Source: Mesotaenium endlicherianum
Taxonomy: Eukaryota
Length of the DNA stretch: 64,000 nt
Assembly (NCBI GenBank): GCA_009602735.1
Contig: WELA01002483.1
Location: forward strand, 41,003 to 105,002
Direction of reading: 5' to 3'
The notes below the pieces were generated by a model. It made no database searches. It was not told the DNA's origin and saw nothing but the letters and a program-made list of their open reading frames with translations. Below, in pieces: positions 13,352 to 26,900 of this stretch. The translations under genes were made by a program, and so were the position numbers. Position 1 is the first letter of the stretch. Every line of letters begins with the position of its first letter.

Positions 13352-15860
13352 TGAGGAGTACAGTAAATGCCCAGCAAAGTTGTCAGGGTCGACATATGTG
13401 GTGGACTTGTAGAAGTTGACAGTGGCGTAGACGATGATGCTGCCGGACACCAGCTTGTCCACCGTCACCTGCAGCATACCCCGCCACCGCCCTTTCGTGC
13501 TCAGCGGGCACAGCGGTCGCATGTGTGCTCATGCGTGTGGTGCCCACTCGTCATCGTCAGAAGATGTAGCATGCGCTTTCTGCTGCTGCTGCTGCTGCAA
13601 TCAGATGATCAGACGAGAGGGAGGGAAGGGGACAGCGAGCACCTCAAGAGGCCCCTCGTAGCCCGTCTGCCGCGCGGCATTCATCATCTGCTGCCGGAAG
13701 TTCTTCTGCGCTGGCAAAACGTATCATGGGTGAGCACATGCCAACGAGCTGATGAGGCGAGAAGCTGGCAGAGGAGCTGGCATTGACAGTATGGTTGAGA
13801 GCGAAGGAGGTGATACCTGGAAGTCCGAGTACGCGCCTGGATCTATCACGCGGCTGTAGTTGGCACCTGAAAACCGGATCCTAGCTGTTACCAAAACCCC
13901 TGCTGTGATCTGAGGCACGCCAGGTGGTGGTGGTTGACTGGTAGGCGAGTACGCGGGGGGGGTAAAAGGAGGAGGTGGCGGAGAGGGAGGAGCAGGTGGC
14001 AGAGGAGGAGGATAAGGAGGAGCATATGCAGGAGCTATGCCCGCTAGGGCACCCGTGGCAGTGACGCACAGCCCACTCGTCACTTCGCAGGTACTTGCCG
14101 CAGGACAGCTGGAAACATTGGAGCCTGCCAATGGGCTGCAAGCCACCTGCATATCAAAGCACCCTTCCCCCGGTTCAGCCAGATCCTGGTCCCCAGGGGG
14201 CCTTTCCACCACATGCAATGTCAGGAGGAGGGGGAGGAGGGGNNNNNNNNNNNNNNNNNNNNNNNNNNNNNNNNNNNNNNNNNNNNNNNNNNNNNNNNNN
14301 NNNNNNNNNNNNNNNNNNNNNNNNNNNNNNNNNNNNNNNNNNNNNNNNNNNNNNNNNNNNNNNNNNNNNNNNNNNNNNNNNNNNNNNNNNNNNNNNNNNN
14401 NNNNNNNNNNNNNNNNNNNNNNNNNNNNNNNNNNNNNNNNNNNNNNNNNNNNNNNNNNNNNNNNNNNNNNNNNNNNNNNNNNNNNNNNNNNNNNNNNNNN
14501 NNNNNNNNNNNNNNNNNNNNNNNNNNNNNNNNNNNNNNNNNNNNNNNNNNNNNNNNNNNNNNNNNNNNNNNNNNNNNNNNNNNNNNNNNNNNNNNNNNNN
14601 NNNNNNNNNNNNNNNNNNNNNNNNNNNNNNNNNNNNNNNNNNNNNNNNNNNNNNNNNNNNNNNNNNNNNNNNNNNNNNNNNNNNNNNNNNNNNNNNNNNN
14701 NNNNNNNNNNNNNNNNNNNNNNNNNNNNNNNNNNNNNNNNNNNNNNNNNNNNNNNNNNNNNNNNNNNNNNNNNNNNNNNNNNNNNNNNNNNNNNNNNNNN
14801 NNNNNNNNNNNNNNNNNNNNNNNNNNNNNNNNNNNNNNNNNNNNNNNNNNNNNNNNNNNNNNNNNNNNNNNNNNNNNNNNNNNNNNNNNNNNNNNNNNNN
14901 NNNNNNNNNNNNNNNNNNNNNNNNGGGGGGGGGAGTAGCAGGCAGCACCTGGCTACAGGCTGGGCCCCCGTAGGCAGCAGAGCAGTGGCACTTGCCCATG
15001 TAGCATTGCCCTGCTCACTCCATCCCACGTACACCAGCAGCTCAGCCAGTTCAGAGCCATGGTAAGTGAGTGCTGCAGACGACCTGCTGGCATACATGCA
15101 TCATGCAACGCCCCAGCTACGAATGAACCAATTGCACATGCACCCAGGGGAGGCAACGTGTCTGGGCGCAAGCAGTGGGGGAACTTCTTTATTTTTTGCT
15201 CCACACAGAGGCATAAAGCGTACACACCTCTGGCGCTGCAGTCGTTGGGACACATGGCGGAAGCGCACACGTCTGCAGCCACTGGACAGGGCCCCAGCTG
15301 GCCGGCGGCAAAAGTGGTTTCCGTCAGCTCCAGATACTTGCCGTCAGTGCAGTTGAGCCACACGCCCGCCACGTTGACGCTCAGAGTGGGTGCGCCACCT
15401 GGCGGCCAGCTGCACTGGGTCTTGTAGCAGCCTGCGCCGGGAGGTGCGCCGGCAGCCGCGGCTGTGTTGGACACCCAATACAAGGTGCCCTGCAGGAAAC
15501 ACCTGCCCTCACGCGCTCCACCATCATTGTCATGTTACTGCTTCTCCTCGCACCACGATACCAGGATGGGCGAGCAGACGTATTGGTCATCCACACACCT
15601 CAGCATACGAATGTGTGTATATATGTATATACGCATACATGTATATTTATATGTATGTACACATGTGTGGCAATTATTAGTAGAGCAGGAGAGGGCGTCC
15701 ATTTGCCAGAAAGAGGAGACCAGCAATGGCTGGCCATAGAACCAACACTTCTCTAAGAGGGCAAGGGAGAATTTGCTGCAAAATGAGCTCAAGAAGTTGC
15801 GGCTTCTGAACTAGGATCAAGTACAATATGACAACTGATATATGTTTGTAAGTACATGCA

Positions 15861-15944
<84 letters not shown>

Positions 15945-16253
15945 TGAGTGTGTGTTTGCGCGCGCGCGTAAAAATGTTATGCAAGTGTGTTGGTGTGTGT
16001 ATGAGAAGGAAAGGCATTTAAATGTCATGAATATGGTGTAGCAGGTGTCAGTGTAGTACACCTCTTGCACCTTGTTTCCTCGATAAATAAGTGCTGTGGT
16101 ACCCGCGTCTAACCCTCCAAGCAGCTCCAGCACCACTTTCCCGCTTTCTCGACGTAAGTGTGCTATTGGCCGTTGGATGATGAGTGGTGCACCATCTAGC
16201 AAATTTACAGTGGATATGGCGTGGGCAAGCAAGCTTTGGCCGCCCAGCTTTCC

Positions 16254-16333
<80 letters not shown>

Positions 16334-19300
16334 NGAGAGAGAGAGAGAGAGAGAACCCTTCGGCAACAGCACCAGCCACTGGCCACCAGATTAAGAAAGC
16401 CCATCTTCTGTACATTGGCAGAGGGGGAATACCTGGACTGGAGCCCAAAGGATTCACCGAACTGATTGTCCTTGTTTGTCTGGTCGCCCGGCACTTGACA
16501 GCGGTGCCCCTGATCCCTGTGACACGTCGCGCTCCCCACTAGAATGAGACGAAGCAGCAGCAAGCAGCAAGCAGCAAGTAGGCGGAAGAAGCAAGCCTCT
16601 CAAAAGTAGCAACTTGAGTCCATGAGCCCAAGCCCGCCCCTCTTGTGCCCGGCTCACCGGAAGGAGGCGGACTGAGAAAGATCACAAGTTCACCTCTGCT
16701 TGGGGATACAGCCGTCATAAGGGCACTCAGTCGAGCAATTTGTGCGACACGTAGCAGTCGCTAAGTGGTCGGAGGAGCACAGAGAGTCCTGCAACAGGAG
16801 GGCCCACACAAAAAACACAAATTTGGTTTCATTGTGAATGGATGCATGACACCCACAGCACCCCTTTGGGGCATCACCCCGGCTGCTGCGGCTCCTAACG
16901 AAGAAGTAGAGAGCAGAAGAAACCAGGGCAGGAGGAGAATGTGAGAACGCCACAGGCTTCAAGAGAATCGTGTGATGTGCACAGGTATGCACAGCTATTT
17001 AACATCGGCCGCACACAAAGGATTGGCCACGAGGGTCAGCCAGGCACACCACCCGTCAGGGCATAAATCAATGAGAAAAACTGCTTTGGCCTGCTTTCAA
17101 GTTGCACGGACAAGGAAGGAGGGACGAGCTGACCATGGGGGTGGACTGCTGGCTCCCGGAGTAGGTGACCAAGGTGGCGTTGCGGGCGAGATCCGACGCA
17201 GCACAATAGCCGTCCCTGAAGACCGCCTTCAGTGCTGCATCAAGCGTTCACCAACTTCGTAGACGGGTCGGTCAGTCAGTCAGTCAGGATGCGGGTGCAG
17301 CATCAAGCAGCCAGTCCCAGGAAAGGAGGTGGCACAAGAGCAGAGCAGCATGGGTGGCCGGTGGTAGGTGTGCCCCTCTTGCGCACACACTCAGCACAGT
17401 CAGCCCTTCTTCTCCCCCAGCAACTCTCAGGCAGTGGACAGCGTACCCAAAAGAGTGTCAGTATAAATAACGTTGAGAGCAAAGTGCGTTGTTATGAATG
17501 CCAGGTTATGGCAATACCAGAGAATGAGAGGCCGTAAATGCTACGAACAAGGAGAGGCAGCAGGAGCAGCACAGAGAGGGGCAGGGACTGACTGCTAGGG
17601 TCAGTGCAGGGCTGCAGGGCGTAATCGCAGCCAGCATGGAAGCCCGCCGCCAGGAAGCCCGCCAGCCCGTAGTTGACCTCGTACCTGCCGCAGGAGCAGG
17701 AGCAGCAGCAGCAGCAGCAGCAGCCCAGGCTCTCAATTACATATCCCCAATCAGCCCGTGCTTGCCACAGGGATATACCGGTGCTCGTCAGGCAGCTCCA
17801 CAGTTGCTGGAAAGGGCGCCGTGTGACATAAAGCAAGAGCGGGTATAGCACCCACCCACCCCCGCAAACTCATGAGGCGGCAGGTGAGGAACGGGACATG
17901 CCCTCTCTGCGGCTAGGCATGCAACATGTGTCCTCGAGGTGGTGCCCATTTACCAGCCTGTATCTTGAAGCAGGGCCAGGGTGAGATTGGACACCACCTG
18001 CGGTCCGCCCGCTTCGCTTGTCTGACCACCCACCCACAAAGCCCCGCCCCTTGAAGAGGCAGCGTCAGGCAGAGCCGGGACTTGGAGTTCCGGGATGGAA
18101 CTGGGTACCACCAGGGTACCAGGGATTTTCCTGCCGTTCAGCTGGATAGCTCTCTCATGGGACTGCTCAAAAACAAAAGGATGAGGGCAGAAAGAGGCAA
18201 ACCACCCTCTGTGTGCCGGCACAGTCTTGATGATGCATGCGCTCCTCAAGGTGAGTGGAAGGCAGAGGAAGGGGCGGGGGCCAGACATACCATGACCTCG
18301 CCCTCAAACACGCGCGCACTCCAGTGGCTGCTGTTGGACCCGTCCGCTGCAGCCACTTGTAGCTCTCCTCCAATTAAGGTGGGACAGCTGGTCTGTCGCC
18401 TCGCCATAGCCGTGACCTGCACGCATGCGTGCATGCCAAGCGGGCAGGCTGTCAGGCGTTTGCAAACTGTGAGAGCAAATCACAAACACCATGGAATGGC
18501 GTGAAGGGGGGTGTAGCTGCAGCCCCAATCTGAGGATAGGCCACTCACCGTGGGAGTGACTACAAATGGAGCTGACGGGCTGCCACCACTTGGCGCATTG
18601 CTGACCACTGAAGTGTAAGCTGTCCCTGCATGTTGGAGAAAGAACGCAGCACACAAGTTAGCCTGACATGCAGTCACTCAGTCTTCTACTCTACCCCCGC
18701 GCCCACTTGAAGGACCAAAAAGAACAAAAAAAGAAAGACAAGCTTACGTTCCCTCCGTCTATTCCCATGAACTTTGAAGTAAACTCTTGGGCCTTGCAGA
18801 ACAGAGACAAGACATGCCAACAGTGTGGCACTTAACAGCACCCCCACTTTCTAAGAAATTGGCTGCTGAGCAGGAATGTGTCCCCCCAATGCTCTCGAGC
18901 TCACTTCCTGTCAGCGCGAGCACAGAACCTACCCGTGGTGCTGTCCAGAAAGGACGGGAAGAGCTGGGAGTTGAACCCGAGCACGTGTATGATCCCGTGC
19001 AGCACCCCACCCAGCTGCGCACACGCCAGTCATTGCATCACAGCCTGCTGCCAGTCGTCAGCATGTGTAACAGCAAGCCGATTACGTAACGAAAGCCATG
19101 CACACTTTATGCGCTATTTCTGAAAACTTCTGCTGGAGTTGGCAGATACCTGCACCAAGTACCATACACAAGCCACCAAACTTCTGGCGATCACAAGGGA
19201 TATGCGCCCCTCACCACAACAGAACCACAATGCATGCTCCAGTCGGACTTGACCAAGAACCGTCATCACACCATGCCTGCCCAGCCTCCCACTGTTCTGA

Positions 19301-21575
19301 TGATCCAAAGAGCAGAAGGGACACGTTACTCACCATCTCGTCAAATTCAGGACTATGGAACAGGCTGTACGTCAGCTTCTGGGGGCAGAGGTTGAGGTAG
19401 CCTGCGATGGGGCGATTGCTGGCTGCATCCTGGTAGCAGTGGGACGCATGCACTGCCTGTGTGCCACTCGCACACAGCGCCGTTGCCTGCATTGCATCCA
19501 CACAGGCAACTTAGTGACATACGCTGCCAAGTGCTCTTCCTTCTCCTGCCTGCAAGTGACACTGACAGCTCCAGGGGTTTGTGTATCACGCTACTGGACC
19601 CCCCACGTGTAAAGCCATGCCCCTTCTGGTTCTGCTGCTGCTGCTCGTGCTGCTGCAGGCATGCACCAATGGACGCTAAGGTGAGGAGGAGGTACACGGT
19701 ACAACCCGTTCCGGGTTGGCAGAGGAGGCACCAGAGACAGCATGCCAGCTGCCTGCAATGTGACGACTTTCTGAGCCGGAGTCTGGTACATCAGAAAGTG
19801 GGTGCAGCGGGTGCCAGCGAAGTGCAGGATTACACGGGTCAGGCTGGTGATAGTCCTCCAGTGCATGATAAGCTATCCCCATGGATGAAGTCCCATGTAC
19901 AAAGCATAACCATGAAAAATTAAAAATGACAAGAAGTTTTTGCATGATCACAGACCCCCTTCAACCCCCGTAGTAAGACAGCCGCAACCCCCACGAAAAT
20001 CACCCAAAATGTGGAAAAAGAAAGCGTCCTGACCTGGGCAGTGACAAACAGAATGAGATCAGCCTGCTGCACTCCAGCGCCTGCAGGCGATGTGCTGCAG
20101 CTGGCAGAGTCCGTGTTGTTGCACACGCTGTATTCGCTCAGCAGGCTCGCAGGAATGACGACGTTGACGTCCGCCTGCCCACGCAAGCCCGGGACACACA
20201 CAGAGCTGAGCGAGACGGGCAAATAGCCTCTAGTGTGTCTGCCAGCCCCAAGGCTTGCACATATGAAGGTGGCCATCATATGCAGTAAACGCGACACAGA
20301 AATGCCAAGGGGGAGAGAACGCTTGCACGAGTTTGAGGGCTGAGTTGGGACGGGAGGAGTGACACGCGTACAGTGCAGGAGAGGTCGGGCGTGAGGCACG
20401 CGTCTGTCCCGTTCACCAGCTTCAGGTACGTTGAGCACTGGGGAGTGATGTGCAACGCTCCAGCTGGCGGCACTCTCACCTTCAGCAGCCGAGCAAAGTA
20501 ACTGCGAACAGCACATCACGTAGGCAGTGATAATAAGTCTAACAACACATCATTGAGTTGAGACCTCGAAGAAGAGCAAGGAAGGAGCAGCACCCGATAG
20601 TGTCGGTCTTAGCAGGCAAGCGTTCATATTAGCTGCACCTAACGGCCTGTCGATTACCCACTAGAAACTGCGTTGCGCAACCTGCACTCTGCTTCCTCAT
20701 TTGAACAATGAAATACTTGCAGGCTGTATATAGTGAAAGATCCTCCAGCTAAAATTTATCCCGGCAAAGGTTCTGGTTTTATGAGGGTTCAAGACGCGTG
20801 GAGACGACCGGAATCAGTACCTGACAGCAGTGGGAATGAGGAATGTTTCAATCATACTGCTTCTTGCAGTGTCTCCGGCCAAGTCCCCTTTGACCGTGTA
20901 CACCTTCAGTACCCCAGCAGAGACAAAGCAAGCATATTGGAGGAGTAAGAAGCAGGTCAGAGTGATCGTTTGCAACTTCAGTAAACCCCCCCTAAAATTT
21001 TGCTAGTATGTTGTCCCTCAAGGCAGCCTGTACACATACATAGTGATAGCCAATAATCTGCCCCTGCTATTCTTCGGCATACGAAGAGACAGCGTCTCAG
21101 ACCAGCAGACAATGGATGAGCACAAGTCGGCATGACACAAGAGAGCAAGCAGCAACTCAATGACTGACAAGGCTCATCGTCCAGTCATACCCTTTCACTT
21201 CAGCAGGCACACCCAGTTGCAGGGCCTCCTGAGGAACACTCTCCGGAAGCGCACAGGCCCCAGACCATGATGTCATGAAGCAACTGCAGGCAGTGCGCTT
21301 CCATGGCAGAGATACAGGTCCCGCAACACAAAAAGGTGAGAGCGACATTTTGGTGGGTCCATGTGCATGGATCAAAGTTTATGCGCTCATGATGAACTTC
21401 CATGAGCGTGCAACCTCAAGACAAGTGCACCTACCGGAAAAATTCGCAGGGGAGCCAGCTTGTCAAGGGCAGACCGCCGATTGCTGCTGCTGCTGTTGTT
21501 GCTGGAGGTGGTCGCGCCATTGCTAGTCACAGCTTCCAAATCCCCCTCCCTGTACATGATCGTGCGCAGCAACAA
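8750..21575 (-). CDS. Multi-exon leishmanolysin/GP63 (peptidase M8)-like type-I membrane protein; 5' end unresolved (may extend to ~22.6 kb)
   Basis: Exons give APLRIFP|VYTV, ADLILFVTAQ, CYQDAASNRPIAGYLNLCP, LHGIIHVLGF (18933-19014), SSHWSARVFEGEVM, VVSNLTLALLQDTGW, YEVNY..GC, EGF-like CPNDCSARGQCYMGKCHC..GPAC, a Pro-rich linker, SEA-like ..VSGSIIVYATVNF, TM VLGLPVVLWVVLAVLLGCAVLIGAVILL, then low-complexity exons to the stop at 8750. Most junctions checked are in phase; the link between ~10290 and ~10920 is unresolved. Confidence 0.8.
13317..13351. repeat. (GA)n microsatellite, intronic
   Basis: Direct reading. Confidence 0.9.
14243..14924. other. Assembly gap (N run) flanked by G-rich sequence
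   Basis: N characters. Confidence 1.
15873..15942. repeat. (TG)n microsatellite, intronic
   Basis: Direct reading. Confidence 0.95.
16256..16354. repeat. (GA)n microsatellite, intronic
   Basis: Direct reading. Confidence 0.95.
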
Positions 21576-23902
21576 CAGGGTAACCTCCTACTAAGCTTTC
21601 ACACAAACTTGCATTTGCCTTTCACATAGCTTTCTGCTCATGTCCTCGTGCAACCGGTATAGGCCCCTATATTGGCTCCCCACGATATATCCAGTATGCT
21701 TGCACTGACCCACCATATGCTGCGAGTCTGAGAAGGTGTCTGCAATTGCTCTACACATTATTTGTGCGGCTTATACACCACCTGACTCATCCCAAACCCT
21801 TCAAACTCACTTCACCCTCTCTTAATGGGCCAGGATCAAAAGAACCCATGCTGCAGACTATGCCTACTGGTACCATCTGAAGCACCTGCACACGCGATTG
21901 TGTGTGAGCTCTTCCGCTTCCTTTCTCAGCATACCAACGGACGTTGACAACCAGTAAAAAAAATAATTCTTCTCTGAATATGCTACGCCGTTCCTTGTGT
22001 ACTTGGTGATGCCACTCAGTCCACATTGTGTTATGTATTCTCATGGTATTCAACATATAGTACCTCCCTTCCCAAAATGCTCATGAGATGTTTGAGGAGA
22101 GAGAGCCCTGATGTCTTTGTCTTCCCTGGCCTATTGCATATTTTCAAACTGCTCAGGCTTTGGGCAAAAACGAAAGAGGGTCATGATGCCTGATATGCCT
22201 AAGGTGTAACATCCTTTGCAGTTGACATGCATCGCTTGAAGCAAACAGCAGGTGTCAAATCCTCAAAATAAATTTTCCCATGCTAGGAGGCGAAATCTTA
22301 TAGGCCCTTCACCATCTGACAGCTGTACAACATCTCATAGGTGCCCACAGTTACAGCACAGGGATCAAGGTGCATGAAACTCAAACGATTTTGCAAAGTC
22401 AACTGATGAGCTAGTAAGATTTTTACCAAGGAAAATGGGATGATGTATTATGGTGCAATTCCATGCTTCTCTCCATCAGTTCCGGCCTCGACACATGTGT
22501 ACCTGCTCACAGTACATGGAGCACTAGGTTTATACCAGTGACTGCCCACAACAAGAGGTGATACAAACCATCCAGGAGCCTTTTGGCAATCTGCCAACCA
22601 GACAACACTGTCACTAGTCCACAAACGCCAGCTAAGAGACCAATCATAAGGACATTTTCTCACGCCCGCAGGATTGGGTTATATAAGACGTCACCCGTAA
22701 TACCAAAAAATAAAGGTTAAAAAAAAAGAGCACAATGAAGCTACTGTCACCACATTCAGGTGCCTCTTTCCGCATGGGTAAAGTCATGATGGAATATGCT
22801 TGTGATCAGCGCTCCACCATCACTCAAATTGCAGCACGTCGAGCATACCTTGAACATAATGCAGCCCCATAAGGATAAGAAGCAGAAGAGCCGACATCCC
22901 AGTCTGTCCGTGTAGCTTCATGCTAACTAACGCAAGGCACCCGGTCGAGGACACGCTTCCTTCATCTGGTGCGGATAAGCATCAGCGATCCTCGAGGCGA
23001 ACTCGAGAAAAGAACACATATAACAGTAGCCAAGGGGCTTAAATGCATATCAGCCGTAAGTGATAACTGGCTAAGATCAGCTTCGTAGGCAACATTCATG
23101 CCTGAGGTGTACAGTCAGCTGAGTTATCCTGATTACATGAAAGATGCAGGACTCATCCAAGACTTGAGTGTAGTAACTGTAGACACTTCTGTCTCCCACA
23201 GACCCTTCTTCTAAGGAGGAATCGTGATATTCACTTCACGACACACATCTTTTCTCCGGGGCGCTTTTCCCAGCTTGTGACTACTTTTCCCCTGCTCTCA
23301 TGAGGTGCGTAAAGCTGCGTGGTGGTTCGTAGGGGAGCGGAAGTAAGCGTGTCCTCTGATGTCCTCCGTGACTGAAGCTGTGAGAGACAGTGGGACTGAG
23401 CTTGACGGTTCATTCTTTTCGATCGACGCTCTTTCATGATTCCTAAATTTTAAATTTCTCGAGTTGCATTGAAGTTGCATAAAAGGCTCCACACCACTCC
23501 ACTGCACAGTGCGACTCCGACCAGTTCACTACAGATACCGACAGGGTCCGACTGGGTCCGATTTTGCCCGACTTTTCCCACCCCAAGAGAAGCCATTTGC
23601 AGCCCCTGACAATGCACCGGCTGGGAGTGTTTGGGAATCAGTTCGGACTGGTGGGGACCGGTTGACGGTCGAGTCTGGTTGAGAGCCTGGGACCAGTTGG
23701 ACATGGTCGGGACTGTCATCTCAATCTACCGTCCAAATCATCGACCAACATTTTATTGGTCACTGTCGGCACTCTTTTGGAACTTGGAAGTGGCGCTCTA
23801 CACAATCCATGCTCGCGAGTCGCCAACCATGCTCGAGAGGGAGGGTGGGTAAATCGAGAAAAATGCGACTTGGAGGGGTTACCCATGGCTACATTGCCCT
23901 AC

Positions 23903-26900
23903 AAAAAAAAAAGAAGAAAAGAAGGCGTATGAATTAATTAAATGGGAGCGAGCTCTGAAATAACATGAAGGTCCATACTCATCTACTGAAAATCGCAAGG
24001 ACCGAGAACTGCTAAGGCGTCAACAAGGGAAAATGAAACGAGAGGAACTGGGGGTCGATGCACAGTCTTAGATAGGGCACTAGCTGCACGCTCGTGAATG
24101 GTAGAAGCCTGAGCTCTCTGTAGACTACAACCGACTAGCTGGCGGTACTCTCGCTTGATCGCGTTGACCAAGTCCCTGTAACCGGCATTGTCACTAGAGA
24201 CACCGAAGCTGAGGGAGACTGTGCGCTCAGCGCAAAGGTTGAGGAAGCCGTGGAACTTGGTGCCTAATGTCCCAAAAACCTCCAGCGCTAGTGGGACAAA
24301 GGTGTCGCCGACTGGAGTGTCGCTGTACTTGAGAGTCTTGGCCTTCTCCTTGATCGCCACCGCCACCCCTACTGTCGATGAAGCCAACTCCATGATACCC
24401 CCCTCGAGAGGATTGGCCACAACCACATCCAGCAATGTGCGCGCCGCCGACTCTCTCGCCATGCAGACAATATCCACACGGCGGCCCTTGGTCTGGGAGG
24501 GAAGAAGAGGGAGTAGGCCTCCCTTCTCCAAGGCCACCGCAAAATGTGACCTCCTCGCGATCATGGCGACGCTATCTCGGACAACGTCATGGGTCGCTGT
24601 GCGCTGCTTCTCTCGTGCACACCTCAAGACATGTGTAGTAGATGCCTCATCCCCACACGCACAAACTAGGTCAGCAAGGCACGGGTGTGTAATGCCTAGT
24701 CGTATACGGAGGGAAGTGCAAAAGTCTGAGTCTTGGAATGTCAAAGCTGGGCGAGTGGTAAGGGCCTGCACCCATGCACCTGCGCTAGGTCCGCCGCAGG
24801 AACGAATGCGGGCGCGGTCAGCCGAGGTGCTCTGTGCTAACAGGCCGTGCATGCGAGAACCCCACAGGACTCGAGCGAGAATGGCCTGCAAGCCCCTGTT
24901 CCCCTGCTCCACCATCGAAGAAAAGTCCAATTCTGGAGGCTCGTCCCCCAAGCAATCCGCTACCAAGCTGGACTTAGCCTCCACAAGTGCTGCTTGAAAA
25001 GAGAACGTCTTCGTCTCCACTTTCCCTATGGCAGCCGCAAGGATCTGGACGTCGTCGGCAGCAAAGCGGGTCGCAAGAAGGTGCGCAATGAGCCCCCAAG
25101 ACCCCAAGAAAGCTGCCGACGAGGTGAAGGCAAGATCTCCCAAGCCTACACCTCCCATGGAGCACGGGTGCACGGCCTGGGCAGCCCAAGACTGGCTAGG
25201 GTCAGATGGGCCAAGGCCAAGCAACTCGGAGAGAGCCATAATGAGGGACTGCCTAAAAGAGGCAAACTCTGAAAGAACGGAGGGGGTAGGGACTAAGGTA
25301 CGAGAGAGGTAAATTGGTCGAGCCGCTAGATAAAGAGTGAGGGGGGCAAGCAAGATCTGCGCGTTCCCCAGGGCTACAACCTGGGGGAGCTCCAATACCA
25401 CACTCTGGAAAAAGCGCTGTGTCTGATCTAGGATAAAGGCGGGACTGCCTACCCGGGTACCAAGGACACGGATACCCTCCGGTGAGCGACCAAAAGAGGG
25501 AAGAAAGTCAGCTGGGGTCGCAATGCCCTGCGGAGGGAAGATGGAACACTTGGCCTGCTGAACCCGAAGGCCCATGGAGCCAAGGTGAACCTTGAGAGAG
25601 GAAAAGGCAGCGCCCAACTGGTCCATGTGACCTACCAAGTGCGTATCATCTGCATACGATGGGACATGTACTGCAGGGAAAGCCTGACGGGTCAAGCGGA
25701 GAGCATGCAGGTGTCCAAAAGCAAACAAGGTCCCTGCTAAGGGGTCGCCCTGACGGGTCCCAGTAGCGGATGACAAAGTCGTCAAACTCCCACCCACATG
25801 CGCATAGTAGAGGGGAGACGAGGACCCGTAGAATGCCCGCATGAAAGGGACAAGGCTGGAACAGGTGCAATCACGAAGCTCGTCGAAGATGACTCCACGG
25901 TCGATGGTGTTGAAGGCGTTGGCCACGTCCACCTGGAGAACCCATAGGGATGGATCCACCTCCCGCGACGTCCGGATGAACGCGGCAATGGTCTCACACC
26001 CCCCCTGGAGAGCCACTCCGAACTGGTCCGGAGCAAAGTGAGCCTCAAAGGGCTCGCGAAGTTGCGAGGCTATGGCTCGGGCTGTAAGACGATACAGCAC
26101 CTCCTCCACCGCAATGGGGCAAACGCCTGCATCCCCCTTGGCTATAGCCACGAGCCTGGATGATGCCAATAGATGTGCTGCTCCAGGTGGAATCCGACCC
26201 TGAGCAATTAGGCCGCACACGGTGAAGAGGGCGCGGAATGCAATAGAACCAGCATCCATGCATGTGTCCTTAAAAAGCTCAAAGACTGTGCCTGAAGGTC
26301 CGCCCCCCGATCTGTTAGGTGCCGATCGTAGGGCGCGACTAAGAGCACCCTCCTCCAACTCTAGAGGTGCTGTAGGTGAGTAAGTAGTGAGCCAATCGGG
26401 CAAAGGGGAAGAGGAGGCTGGGTGGAGTGCTTGCAGACGCTCAATGGTGGCTGAAGTGTCAGGTGTTGGCGCATTGGGGAGGAGAGTTTCACGGGCCTTC
26501 CCTAACTCCCCAACCTTAGCTAACCTAACAGCACGTCAAGCTCTATACCTGTCGTCACCCACTACGTCATTAGTGGGAGGCGGAAGGGAATGCAAAGCCG
26601 CCAAAAACTCCTCAGCCAATTCCCTCCACTCGCCCCTAAGAAATCTCTGAATACGTGGGCGTATGTAGCGATGGCCCTTCACTAACGCATTAGGGGGGGT
26701 CCACAATAGGAGGCGATGGAAACTAAGGAGCAAGAACCAACCCCCCATATCATCAGGCTCTTTAGAAACTTGTCGCAAGGGGATACAGAATGCTTGGGAG
26801 AACAGAGGTCTGAGCTCATAAGGAAGTCGTCGCCTACAGCTAAGTCTACATGGCTGAAATATCTCAATAGGAAAGGAAATACGAGCCCACCTCCGTTGCT

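Noticed and set aside
13724..15097. Long ORFs spanning N runs (also 61684-63319)
   Set aside because: Artefacts of reading through assembly gaps; only the flanking parts are informative.
15789..16563. ORFs with SLSL/RERE/THTH runs
   Set aside because: Translations of intronic microsatellites.
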